From the IMG/VR virus record IMGVR_UViG_3300037743_000227: 64,000 nucleotides of DNA; one strand, 5' to 3'. Position 1 is the stretch's first letter, and the number at the start of each line of letters is the position of its first letter. Positions 45,852 through 54,626 of this stretch are shown piece by piece. Made by a program: the position numbers and the translations under genes. The DNA is from an uncultured virus (IMG/VR IMGVR_UViG_3300037743_000227). Taxonomy: Duplodnaviria > Heunggongvirae > Uroviricota > Caudoviricetes. The notes beneath the pieces were generated by a model. It saw nothing but the letters and a program-made list of their open reading frames with translations. It searched no databases and was not told the DNA's origin.

Positions 45852-46192
45852 CTGCAGCCCCGCTCCACATCTCCGAGGACGTAGCCCGCAAGTACCTGGC
45901 CCTGGCCCTGGAGAAGGACGTCCTTGTCCCCATGCAGGCGGCCGAAGCCTACGGCTGGCTGACCACCGTCCTGCAGGGCCTCCTCGACTCCCTGGAAGCC
46001 GAGAAGTCCAAGCCCGCCAGGTCGCAGCGGATCGACCCGCTGCTGCGCCTGTTCGTCTCCGACCTCGCCGACCGACTGCGGAAGGACGGCATGGGGACGG
46101 CAGCCGACCGGATCGTCGAGTGGACCGACCACACGATGCGCATCGCCGACGACTACCTGGCCGGGACCAACGCCCCGAAGGCGGTGGCCTGA
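45848..46192 (+). CDS. Hypothetical early protein
   Basis: GGAGG RBS, GTGA overlap. Confidence 0.7.
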   Translation: MTAAPLHISEDVARKYLALALEKDVLVPMQAAEAYGWLTTVLQGLLDSLEAEKSKPARSQRIDPLLRLFVSDLADRLRKDGMGTAADRIVEWTDHTMRIADDYLAGTNAPKAVA

Positions 46193-46193
46193 C

Positions 46194-46550
46194 ATGGCGA
46201 CCGTCATCGAGGCCCTGCCCCTGCACCCTCGGAAGGCGTCGGCATCCCGACGCCGACGCCACCAGGCCCGTCTGCAGCACCGACTGAACGAGATCGTGCC
46301 GGGCGCCGCAACCATCCTCATCACCCCCCTGTGGACCGACGCCACTGGTAAAGGGGTGCGCCACTTCCTGGCTCGCGCTCTCACCGGCGACGGGCAGGTC
46401 CTCAGGTTCCAGGCGGGCGGGTCGCGGCAGATCACCGAACTGCTTCAGGGCGCCTACCCGGTCGCGAACTGGGACCACCCGCAGACCTGGACCGCGGCCA
46501 CCGGTCGGCTCGTCGACCGGATCAGTCGGGCGGTGGCCAGCGATGCCTGA
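46194..46550 (+). CDS. Hypothetical early protein
   Basis: Operon packing. Confidence 0.65.
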   Translation: MATVIEALPLHPRKASASRRRRHQARLQHRLNEIVPGAATILITPLWTDATGKGVRHFLARALTGDGQVLRFQAGGSRQITELLQGAYPVANWDHPQTWTAATGRLVDRISRAVASDA

Positions 46551-46854
46551 GATCAAGGTTGAGATCGACGGCCAGTTGCTACCGCTGACGAACTGCGTGT
46601 GGATCACGTGGGCACCCTGTGGCTGCCCCTGCGGAGCCCTCACTGCCGCCTACGGCGATGAGGCGCACGCCACCAAGGAGCAGGCGTGGCGGGAGCAGTA
46701 CCCGCTGAAGCGCGAGCGCGAGAAGTACCAGCGCCAGGGCTATCGGCTGGAGCTCATGGGCTGGGACCGCTACCGCTCCGACATCGACCTCGCCGCCCGC
46801 TGCCCCCACACGAAGCGCGTCACCACGCAGCAGACCTTGGACGCCGCCTCGTGA
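46543..46854 (+). CDS. Hypothetical early protein (PCGCPCG)
   Basis: Operon packing. Confidence 0.7.
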   Translation: MPEIKVEIDGQLLPLTNCVWITWAPCGCPCGALTAAYGDEAHATKEQAWREQYPLKREREKYQRQGYRLELMGWDRYRSDIDLAARCPHTKRVTTQQTLDAAS

Positions 46855-47120
46855 GCGGCCGGGAGATCGAGTCGCAGACGCTGCTGCCCGTCGTCGCAGT
46901 CGCCGACAGGGCGTGGCAGCAGGCCGCGGTGAACGTGGCCGGCGGCCTCGCCGCCCACCACCCCCACGACCTGGACCCGAAGACAGCCGGCCGGGAGCTC
47001 GCCCGCAACCCGGAGATCGCCGAACCACTGCGCGAACTCCTCGGCTACCTCGGCTACCTCGAAATCGTCGTCGACGCCGAACGAGCCCTCACCGCCCGCC
47101 TCAAGGGAGCCACCTCGTGA
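46851..47120 (+). CDS. Hypothetical early protein
   Basis: GTGA overlaps. Confidence 0.6.
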   Translation: MSGREIESQTLLPVVAVADRAWQQAAVNVAGGLAAHHPHDLDPKTAGRELARNPEIAEPLRELLGYLGYLEIVVDAERALTARLKGATS

Positions 47121-47596
47121 CCCTCAACGACTTGATCCCCGGCCGCCGGCAGCCGAAGCCCCGGAAGTCGAACCGCGCCGAGACGAAGCTCGCCCGCACC
47201 GAGGCGCACCTCGCCGACGTGCAGGAAGACAACGCCCGCCTCCTCAACTTCAAGGCCGCCGCCGACGACTACTTCATGATCCAGGCCCAGTTCACCGCCG
47301 ACCTCGAAGCCGACGTCCGCCGCCTGACCGAGCAACTGGCCGCCGAGCAGGGCGCCCGTGCTGTCGCCGAAGCAGACGTCGAAGCCCGCGACCGCTGGAT
47401 CAAGGACATGGAGCGCGAGCTCGCCGACGCGCGCCGCCGCCTCGACATCGGCGTCCTCGCCGAAGCCGCCGCATCCCGCACACAGGAAATCGACATGCGC
47501 GGCCTAGGTGACCGCTTCGCCGCCGGGCCGGTCGTCACCCTGCAGAACTCGCCGCAAGCCGCCAGCCCCACCCACGTGCCCGAGCCGGCCACCTGA
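47117..47596 (+). CDS. Coiled-coil hypothetical protein
   Basis: GGGAG RBS, GTGA overlap. Confidence 0.7.
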   Translation: MTLNDLIPGRRQPKPRKSNRAETKLARTEAHLADVQEDNARLLNFKAAADDYFMIQAQFTADLEADVRRLTEQLAAEQGARAVAEADVEARDRWIKDMERELADARRRLDIGVLAEAAASRTQEIDMRGLGDRFAAGPVVTLQNSPQAASPTHVPEPAT

Positions 47597-47707
47597 CTTG
47601 CCGCCCCGCCGGATGCCACCGGCCGGCGCGGGCGGCGACCAAGAAGAAACCCCCGAGCGCACCAATCGCCCGGGGATCCGAGAACCAGCATCCCACGAGG
47701 AGAATCC

Positions 47708-48760
47708 GTGTCCGTCACGATCAACGCCCATCAGCTCGGTCGACTCATCGACAAGACCGCAGCGCACATGGACGGCGAGGACAACGAGGTGCTGTACGGC
47801 ATCCGTTTCGACGCCGACGCCCGCTACCTGCACGCCGTCGCCTCGGACCGGTTCACGCTCGCCGTCGCCCGATACGGCCTCAACCACGGCGACTGCGACC
47901 AGGAGCCGTGGGCCGCGCTACTGCCCGCCGAGCACGTCGAAACGGTCCGCGAGTGGCTCCGCGCCATGAAAGGCGCCGCCTGGATCACGCTCAGCCTGGC
48001 GAAGGACCGCCTCGTCTTCGAAGGCCCGCGCACCGACCTCAACATCGGCATCGAAGTCGGCATCGAGTACCCCGACTGGCGGGGCATCCTCCGCAAGCTC
48101 ACCGAGACCAGCTCCGACGGCGAGCCGTTCCCCTGCCTCGACTCTGGCTACCTCTCCCGCTTCGACACCGGCGACATCCTCCGCGCCCGTGTCACCGCTG
48201 ACCTGAAGCCCGTCCTGCTGTTCGGCGAGGACTTCATCGGCGCGGTCATGCCCGCCCGCTACGCCGGACTCGGCCTCGCCGAGCAGGAGTCCTTCGAGAC
48301 CGCCTTCAACGCCTGGCACTGGACCCTCGCCGCTGGAGCCAAGGACGCCGACATGGCGCACCTCCCGAAGCCTGAGCCGCGCGACTACGAGGCCACGAAG
48401 AACGTCGAGGAGACCGCCGAGGCACTTCTCCAGCAGGTAATGCACTCGACATCCGACATGCGCGGCAAGTCCAGCACGAACCTCGACGAGTTCATGGCCC
48501 ACGTGTTGGCAGGCGTCCACTCGTGGATGGCGTACCGCTTCCTCGACGCCCTGCACACAGCAGACCCGCGCCTGGCGGCCGAGGTCGTCGCGGACACCGC
48601 CGACGAACTCGACTCGGGGGAGTTGGGCGAGTTCGCGTGGGACGCCGCCGAGAAGGCTGGCCACAACCCGCAGAAGTGGCACGACGACTACGAGGACTAC
48701 CTCAAGAAGCGGGCTGAAGAGCGAGCCGCCGAGGCCGAAGCCGCCAAGACCACCGCCTGA
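47708..48760 (+). CDS. Protein with N-terminal DNA sliding clamp (DnaN)-like domains
   Basis: LYGIRF...LHAVASDRFTLA, EYPDWRGIL and FIGAVMPAR resemble beta-clamp motifs; extra C-terminal helical domain. Confidence 0.6.
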   Translation: MSVTINAHQLGRLIDKTAAHMDGEDNEVLYGIRFDADARYLHAVASDRFTLAVARYGLNHGDCDQEPWAALLPAEHVETVREWLRAMKGAAWITLSLAKDRLVFEGPRTDLNIGIEVGIEYPDWRGILRKLTETSSDGEPFPCLDSGYLSRFDTGDILRARVTADLKPVLLFGEDFIGAVMPARYAGLGLAEQESFETAFNAWHWTLAAGAKDADMAHLPKPEPRDYEATKNVEETAEALLQQVMHSTSDMRGKSSTNLDEFMAHVLAGVHSWMAYRFLDALHTADPRLAAEVVADTADELDSGELGEFAWDAAEKAGHNPQKWHDDYEDYLKKRAEERAAEAEAAKTTA

Positions 48761-48776
48761 CCAACAACCCCAGACC

Positions 48777-48858
48777 GCGGCGCGTCCGAGTTCCCCCAAC
48801 TCCGCGCCGCACAGGGCCCGCTCCCTCGGAGCACCCCCCGCCCGAGCGGAGCGGGCCC
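48777..48858 (+). ncRNA. 6C-RNA-like twin hairpin with C-run loops
   Basis: Hairpin 1 loop CCCCC (48793-48797); hairpin 2 loop ACCCCCC (48833-48839). Confidence 0.45.
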
Positions 48859-48887
48859 GACCTTCGTGCACCCAGAAACGGAGAATC

Positions 48888-49229
48888 ATGAGCACCAACA
48901 GCCCCACCATTCCACCGGAGACTGCACGCCACGTGCTGTGGATGTTCGGCCACGAGGGCGGCTACCAGCCCGGCACGTTCAGCCAGAAGCTCCTTGAGCT
49001 CCTCGCCTACGCCCCGCCCATCCAGATGGCGAAACTGGCCCTCGGCTACCCCGTCGAGACCGAAGCCGTCCGGCTCGCCAAGTACGACGAGGACGGCATC
49101 GCCAAGCTGAAGGCCGCGGCGGTCGCCCCGATCCGCTGCAACCGCTGCGCCGACGTCGACGGCCCGTTCGCGGCGGCCGGCCTGTGCGAGGGATGCGCCC
49201 GCCCGATGCCCCTGGACGGCATCGCATGA
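48888..49229 (+). CDS. Hypothetical protein with C-terminal zinc ribbon
   Basis: GGAG RBS; CNRC...CEGC. Confidence 0.75.
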   Translation: MSTNSPTIPPETARHVLWMFGHEGGYQPGTFSQKLLELLAYAPPIQMAKLALGYPVETEAVRLAKYDEDGIAKLKAAAVAPIRCNRCADVDGPFAAAGLCEGCARPMPLDGIA

Positions 49230-49708
49230 CCGCGGCTGTCGACGCAATGGACGTCGAGACCCGCCGCACCTTCCTCCTGGCGGTCGTGCAGAACAAGGGC
49301 GGCCCAGTCACCACCGGCCTGGCGCTTCGGATCTACGCGGTGTCGCCATGGAAGGACGTCAGCCGGAACACCGCCCGCCGCGACCTGCGGGATCTCGCCC
49401 GACGTGCGCGCCTCGTACCCGCCGAGCACCGCGGCACCCGCTTCTACCGGCTCAGCAACGACCCCTACCGCGGCCATCCGGTGCGCAACACCCGCCAGCT
49501 CGCCCTGGAAGCGATCCGCACGGAGGGCGGCGAGTGGACCACCGGCCGCATGAGGCGCACGTGGCACCAGATCGCCGGCACGCATGTCCTTCGCGCGAGC
49601 GTCCGCCGCTACCTCGCCGATCTCCACCGCGACGGCCACCTCGACCGGCACGGCGATGGCACCGCGCGCCGCTACTACACGCTCCGCCAGGAAGGCCAGA
49701 CCGCATGA
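49226..49708 (+). CDS. Tandem winged-helix protein
   Basis: Two repeats GGPVTTG/GGEWTTG...RRDLRDL/RRYLADL. Confidence 0.65.
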   Translation: MTAAVDAMDVETRRTFLLAVVQNKGGPVTTGLALRIYAVSPWKDVSRNTARRDLRDLARRARLVPAEHRGTRFYRLSNDPYRGHPVRNTRQLALEAIRTEGGEWTTGRMRRTWHQIAGTHVLRASVRRYLADLHRDGHLDRHGDGTARRYYTLRQEGQTA

Positions 49709-50586
49709 CCACCACCGTCGAAGCGCCCGCTGAGGCCGACACCGCGCCCGCCCTGGGCATGCACACCGACCTGACCAACGAGGCGTACCACGCCGATAAG
49801 ACGTCGCTGTCCTCGTCTGGCGCCCGCAAGCTTCTGCCGCCGTCCTGCCCCGCCAAGTTCCGGCACGAGCAGGACAACCCGCCCGCCCCCACCAAGACGT
49901 TCGACTACGGCAATGCCGCCCACAAAACCGTCCTCGGCAACGGCCCGAAGTTGATCCTCGTCGACCACCCCGCATGGACGACGAAGGAAGCCAAAGCCGA
50001 AGTCGCCGCAGCTCGAGAACAGGGTGGCATCCCGCTCAAGCAGCACGAGATCGACATGGTCAACGCCATGGCGGACGCGATCCGCAAGCACCCACTCGCC
50101 TCTGTCCTCCTGGACCCGGCCGTCGGACAGCCCGAGCAGTCCGGGTTCTGGATCGACGAGCCGACCGGGATCCGCCGACGGGTCCGCTTCGACTGGCTGC
50201 CGTCCATGGTGTCCGGCCGACTGATCATCCCCGACTACAAGACCGCAGCCGACGCCAGCAACCGCGTCATGGAGAAGGAGATCGAAAAGTACGGCTACAA
50301 CTGCCAGGCCGCCTGGTACGAGGAAGCCGCCCAAGCCCTCGAACTGGGCGGTGACGACGCGGAGATGCTCCTCGTCGTCCAGGAGAAGAAGCCGCCGTAC
50401 CTGGTCAACGTCATCGGCATCGACTTCTTCTCCCGCGAGATCGGCCGCGGCAAGAACCGCGCCGCCATCGAAACCTTCGCTGAGTGCATGAGCACCGGCT
50501 ACTGGTCCGGCTATGCCGACCACGAACCCAACTATCTCGCCCTTCCCGGCTATGCCGAAAACCGTGACAAGGAGCTTTACCTGTGA
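49705..50586 (+). CDS. RecE/exonuclease VIII-like PD-(D/E)XK nuclease
   Basis: YHAD...LSSSG, GNAAH, RVRFDW...IPDYKT, YNCQAAWY. Confidence 0.88.
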   Translation: MTTTVEAPAEADTAPALGMHTDLTNEAYHADKTSLSSSGARKLLPPSCPAKFRHEQDNPPAPTKTFDYGNAAHKTVLGNGPKLILVDHPAWTTKEAKAEVAAAREQGGIPLKQHEIDMVNAMADAIRKHPLASVLLDPAVGQPEQSGFWIDEPTGIRRRVRFDWLPSMVSGRLIIPDYKTAADASNRVMEKEIEKYGYNCQAAWYEEAAQALELGGDDAEMLLVVQEKKPPYLVNVIGIDFFSREIGRGKNRAAIETFAECMSTGYWSGYADHEPNYLALPGYAENRDKELYL

Positions 50587-51476
50587 ACTTCCCCGCCCAG
50601 CAGTCGCCCGTAGCGGGCCCCGATCGCGTCGGCCAGGGCACGGCCGTCGAGCAGTCCCGCGCCGTCGCCGAAGTCCAGGCCGCGATCTACGTGGCCCGCC
50701 AGTTCCCGCGGGAGATCGGCCGCGCCCGCAACGCCATGCAGTCCGCCTGCGCCTCCATGGCCCTCGCCGAGAAAGCCTTCTACAAGTTCCCCCGGGCTGG
50801 CGGCACCGTGTCCGGACCGTCCATCCACCTCGCCAAGGCGTGCGCGCAGAGCTTCGGCAACATCCAGTACGGCGTCACCGAGATGCGCCGCGACGACGAC
50901 TACCGCCAGTCCGAAATGCAGGCCTGGGCGTGGGACGTCGAAGCCAACACCCGCCACGTCCTCACGTTCATCGTCCCCCACGCCAAGTTCGCCAAGGGCA
51001 AGGTCGAAGCGCTCATCGACCTGCGGGACATCTACGAGAACAACGCGAACAACGGTGCCCGACGACTGCGTGAGGCGATCTTCGCAGTCATTCCCGACTG
51101 GTTCACCGAGGAGGCCGGGGAGCTGTGCCGGGAGACCCTCAACAAGGGTGACGGCAAGCCGATCGAGCAGCGCGCCGAGGGCGCCATCGCCGTCTTCAGG
51201 AGCCTCGGCGTCAGCGAGGAACGGCTGGAGCAGAAGCTCGGCCGCAAGAAGGCCCAGTGGACCGGCGCCGACATCGCGCAACTCCTCATCACCCACAAGT
51301 CGATCGACCGCCGCGACATCGCCGTCGAGGACGAGTTCCCGCAGGCCCGCATCACCGGCGCCGACATCAAGAGCAATGGCAGCCGCAGCAAGCAGCAGTC
51401 CACGCCGCCGCCGGGCGAGGATCCGTGGGCCGGCCAGGACGTCGCGCAGCCCGGCAGCAAGGGCGGTGCCGCATGA
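50583..51476 (+). CDS. Putative single-strand annealing/recombination protein
   Basis: Coupled to the RecE-like gene; ARQFPR...GPSIHLA...GNIQYG...AWDVEAN...ARRLREAI. Confidence 0.65.
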   Translation: MNFPAQQSPVAGPDRVGQGTAVEQSRAVAEVQAAIYVARQFPREIGRARNAMQSACASMALAEKAFYKFPRAGGTVSGPSIHLAKACAQSFGNIQYGVTEMRRDDDYRQSEMQAWAWDVEANTRHVLTFIVPHAKFAKGKVEALIDLRDIYENNANNGARRLREAIFAVIPDWFTEEAGELCRETLNKGDGKPIEQRAEGAIAVFRSLGVSEERLEQKLGRKKAQWTGADIAQLLITHKSIDRRDIAVEDEFPQARITGADIKSNGSRSKQQSTPPPGEDPWAGQDVAQPGSKGGAA

Positions 51477-51985
51477 GCATCGACGACTGCGCCCTCCTCA
51501 ACACGCTCGTCGAGCGCTGGCAGGAGGTCGCCGACGCCTACAAGAACGACCCGCCGCGCGACGACAACGACCGCACCTACAACGACTACCGGCACATCTA
51601 CCTGCGGAACATCCGCGACCTGAGGCACGTCGTCGACACCGGCCAGCTCCCGTGCTCGCTAATGAGCAACGAAGAGCGGCGCCGCGGCGACTGCGGGCGC
51701 ATCCACGACGACGAGCACGACAAGCACGGCAGGCCCGTGCCGGAGGACGGCTTCGACCCGTGGACTGCCGCCAGCCCGGCCGAGTACCGGCTGGGCGCGA
51801 TGGAGCCGGTCATCGTCGGCCACCTCGCCGAAGCGCTCATCGACAGCAAGGGCGAAGAAGTCCGCACCTGGGCCCGCAGCCTCGTCCACGAACTGCGGCG
51901 CGCGGGCGTCGACCTACGTGACCCCATCGGCGCCCGCCTCACCGAGATCGCACTCGGCCGGCTGGACGAAGAGCACCCCTTCTAG
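51473..51985 (+). CDS. Hypothetical protein
   Basis: ATGA overlap. Confidence 0.7.
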   Translation: MSIDDCALLNTLVERWQEVADAYKNDPPRDDNDRTYNDYRHIYLRNIRDLRHVVDTGQLPCSLMSNEERRRGDCGRIHDDEHDKHGRPVPEDGFDPWTAASPAEYRLGAMEPVIVGHLAEALIDSKGEEVRTWARSLVHELRRAGVDLRDPIGARLTEIALGRLDEEHPF

Positions 51986-52055
51986 CCCACCCCGTTCGGC
52001 GGCCGGCCGTACCCGAAATACGGCCGGTCGCCACCAGACAGGAGACCACACCGCC

Positions 52056-52310
52056 ATGACAGGACCCGAGCACTACCGCGAGGCCGAGCGACTCCTCGCC
52101 ACCGCCTACGAGGACAACCTCACCACCTACGAGGGAGAGAACCCCGCCGCCGCCCGGAACATCGCCGAAGCGCAGGTGCACGCCACGCTCGCGCTCGCCG
52201 CAGCGACCGCCCTCCCCGCTACCCGACCCGGCAGCGCCACGCAGATGGCGTTGGTTCGCACAGTCCACGGCATGGAGCAGCACGGCACGCCCGAGGAGGC
52301 GACCCGATGA
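52056..52310 (+). CDS. Hypothetical actinophage protein
   Basis: AGGAG RBS; MTGPEHYREAERLL...AQVHATLALAAAT. Confidence 0.75.
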   Translation: MTGPEHYREAERLLATAYEDNLTTYEGENPAAARNIAEAQVHATLALAAATALPATRPGSATQMALVRTVHGMEQHGTPEEATR

Positions 52311-52702
52311 AGGCACTCACCATCCGTCAACCGTGGGCGGGCGCGATCGCCCATCAGTCGAAGCGCGTGGAGAACCGCACGTGGAAGCTCCCCGCGAAGC
52401 ATGAGGGCGCCCGCATCCTCATCCACGCCGGAGCCGAGCGCGACAAGTGGGCGGTCGTGTACGGCCCGAACCTCGACGTGTACGGGGCGGCCGTCGCCGT
52501 CGCCACGGTGACCGGCTGCCACTACTCCGACGACGGCCAGTGCTGCGGGCCGTGGGGCGAGGAGAACGTCTACCACTGGACGCTCGCTGACGTCGTCGCA
52601 CTCGCGGAGCCGGTGCCCGCGAAGGGGGCGCTCGGCTTCTGGACGCCGAACAACGACGTGCTCGCCGCCGTCGAAGCGCAACTGCAGGCGGTGTCCCGAT
52701 GA
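52307..52702 (+). CDS. ASCH-domain protein
   Basis: MKALTIRQPWA...KRVENRTW...ILIHAG...KGALGFW. Confidence 0.88.
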   Translation: MKALTIRQPWAGAIAHQSKRVENRTWKLPAKHEGARILIHAGAERDKWAVVYGPNLDVYGAAVAVATVTGCHYSDDGQCCGPWGEENVYHWTLADVVALAEPVPAKGALGFWTPNNDVLAAVEAQLQAVSR

Positions 52703-53076
52703 CCGACTACCGCGCCGCAGCCGAGCGGTACTTGGAGACCGCTGCTCGACACCTCACCGAACTCCCCGGTGACATGCGCATCGCCGAAATGGCGGCACGG
52801 ATCGGCCAAGGCTACGCAACTCTCGCCCTCCTTGACGGCCAGCAGCCCGCAGGGGAGGAAGACGGACTGGCCAGCAAGAGCCGTCGCCGCCGCCTCACGA
52901 CCAAGCATCTCGAAGCCGTCGCCGCCATCTACCGCGAGGCGCGCGAGAGCGGCTTGGGCCCGACCCGCGCCGTTGCCAACCACTTCGACGTGCCGCACTC
53001 CACCGCCGCCAAGTGGGTCGGGCACGCCCGCAGCAACGGACTCATCCCCGCAACCGTGAAGGGGCACACCTCATGA
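52699..53076 (+). CDS. HTH DNA-binding protein
   Basis: PTRAVANHFDVPHSTAAKWVGHARSNGLI. Confidence 0.7.
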   Translation: MTDYRAAAERYLETAARHLTELPGDMRIAEMAARIGQGYATLALLDGQQPAGEEDGLASKSRRRRLTTKHLEAVAAIYREARESGLGPTRAVANHFDVPHSTAAKWVGHARSNGLIPATVKGHTS

Positions 53077-53447
53077 CCCGTCGTCTGTCTGTCGCCGAGC
53101 GTCTCGCGTCCACCGAGAAGGACGCCCTCCTCGACGACATCGCCACCCACTCCGAATGGGACCGGTTCCTCGTCGAGCAGGCCGTCCTCCACTTCGGGGA
53201 GAACATCGCCGAGTTCTCGTGCAACGACCTGCGGGATGTTCTCCCCGACCTCGGCCCCGGCTTCCTCGGAGCCGCCATCAACTCGCTGCGGTCCGCCGGG
53301 ATCATCGCCCACACCGACCGGATGGTGCCGTCCACGCAGGCCAACACCCATGCACATCGGATCGCGGTCTGGACGCTCACAGGCAAGGGGCGCGTCATCG
53401 CCGCTCAGCGCCGCAACGCCCGCGCCGACCAGAGGCGGGCCGCATGA
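53073..53447 (+). CDS. Hypothetical winged-helix protein
   Basis: ATGA overlap; FSCNDLR...VWTLT. Confidence 0.7.
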   Translation: MTRRLSVAERLASTEKDALLDDIATHSEWDRFLVEQAVLHFGENIAEFSCNDLRDVLPDLGPGFLGAAINSLRSAGIIAHTDRMVPSTQANTHAHRIAVWTLTGKGRVIAAQRRNARADQRRAA

Positions 53448-53530
53448 ACTTCGGCTACGTCTTCGTGATCGCCGTCATCCTCGGCGCCGCCATGGCCGCC
53501 ATCGAATGGGCCATCGGGAGGCGGACGTGA
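53444..53530 (+). CDS. Small TM peptide
   Basis: Overlaps at both ends; hydrophobic. Confidence 0.5.
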   Translation: MNFGYVFVIAVILGAAMAAIEWAIGRRT

Positions 53531-53772
53531 TGGGCGAAGTCACCCCCGAGCAGGTCAATGGCCTGGTCAACGCCTGGTTGTGGGCTGCAGACACCGTCGC
53601 CACCTACGGGCCCGGACTCGCCGCCGCAGGCATCGCATGGGCCGGCTGGTGGACGCGCCGCCGGGCCGCCGACTGGCGGGACCGACGGCGCGAACAGCGC
53701 GGCATCCGCCGCCTCGAGCACTACGCCAACCACCCCGCACACCGCACCCGGAAGGAGACAGACCAGCCGTGA
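53530..53772 (+). CDS. Small membrane protein
   Basis: GGAGG RBS; overlap with neighbours. Confidence 0.6.
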   Translation: MGEVTPEQVNGLVNAWLWAADTVATYGPGLAAAGIAWAGWWTRRRAADWRDRRREQRGIRRLEHYANHPAHRTRKETDQP

Positions 53773-54626
53773 GCACCGCCAAGCGCCCGCCCCACCACAA
53801 CACGCTGACTTGCTACACCAACTACGGCTGCCGTCTCCCCGACTGCGCCGAGCGCTACCGCGAATGGGACCGCAACCGCCGCGCCGCCCGCAAGGCAGGC
53901 CAGTGGCAGCCGCACGTCGAAGCCGAACCCGTCCGCCAGCACCTGCGCATGCTCAACGACCACGGCATCACCCTCCACCGGGCCGCCGAAATGGCAGGCA
54001 TCGGCCCCCGCTCCCTCCACCCCCTGTTCCAGCCGCAGACCGGACGCCGACGCCGCCACCAGCACACCGTGCGCACGGAAATCGCGGCAAAGATCCTCGC
54101 CATCCGGCCCGAGACCGTCACCCCCGGCAGGGTCGACCCCACCGGCACGGCCCGCCGCATCCAGGCTCTCGTCGCCATCGGCTGGCCCATGCGCTACCTC
54201 GCCGCACACTTCGGCATTGGCGACACCTACGTCCACCAGATCATCCAGCGCAGCACCAAAGACCACCTCGTCCTCGCCGCCACGGCCGAAAAGATCGCGG
54301 CCCGATACGAGCACGTCAAAACGCTGCAGCCCGCACGTCACGGCGTGCGTGCCCGCAACGTCAAGCAGGCCCGCAACATGGCAGCCTCCCGCGGCTGGCC
54401 GCCTCCCAAGTACTGGGCCGACCGCATGGACGTCATCGACGACCCCGACTTCGAACCGGAGTACCGGAAGCTCCGCGCCGAAATCCTCGCCGAAGAAGCC
54501 CACTGGCTGATGACCGCTGGCGGCCTCGACCGCGACCAAGCAGCAGCCCGACTCGGCATCGCCCGCTTCACCATCGACCGCGCCCTCCGCGAACACCCCC
54601 AAGACGAGCAGGAGCTGGCCGCATGA
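53769..54626 (+). CDS. Multi-HTH DNA-binding protein with N-terminal Cys/His cluster
   Basis: AAGGAG RBS; HNTLTCYTNYGCRLPDC; several HTH-like segments. Confidence 0.75.
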   Translation: MSTAKRPPHHNTLTCYTNYGCRLPDCAERYREWDRNRRAARKAGQWQPHVEAEPVRQHLRMLNDHGITLHRAAEMAGIGPRSLHPLFQPQTGRRRRHQHTVRTEIAAKILAIRPETVTPGRVDPTGTARRIQALVAIGWPMRYLAAHFGIGDTYVHQIIQRSTKDHLVLAATAEKIAARYEHVKTLQPARHGVRARNVKQARNMAASRGWPPPKYWADRMDVIDDPDFEPEYRKLRAEILAEEAHWLMTAGGLDRDQAAARLGIARFTIDRALREHPQDEQELAA

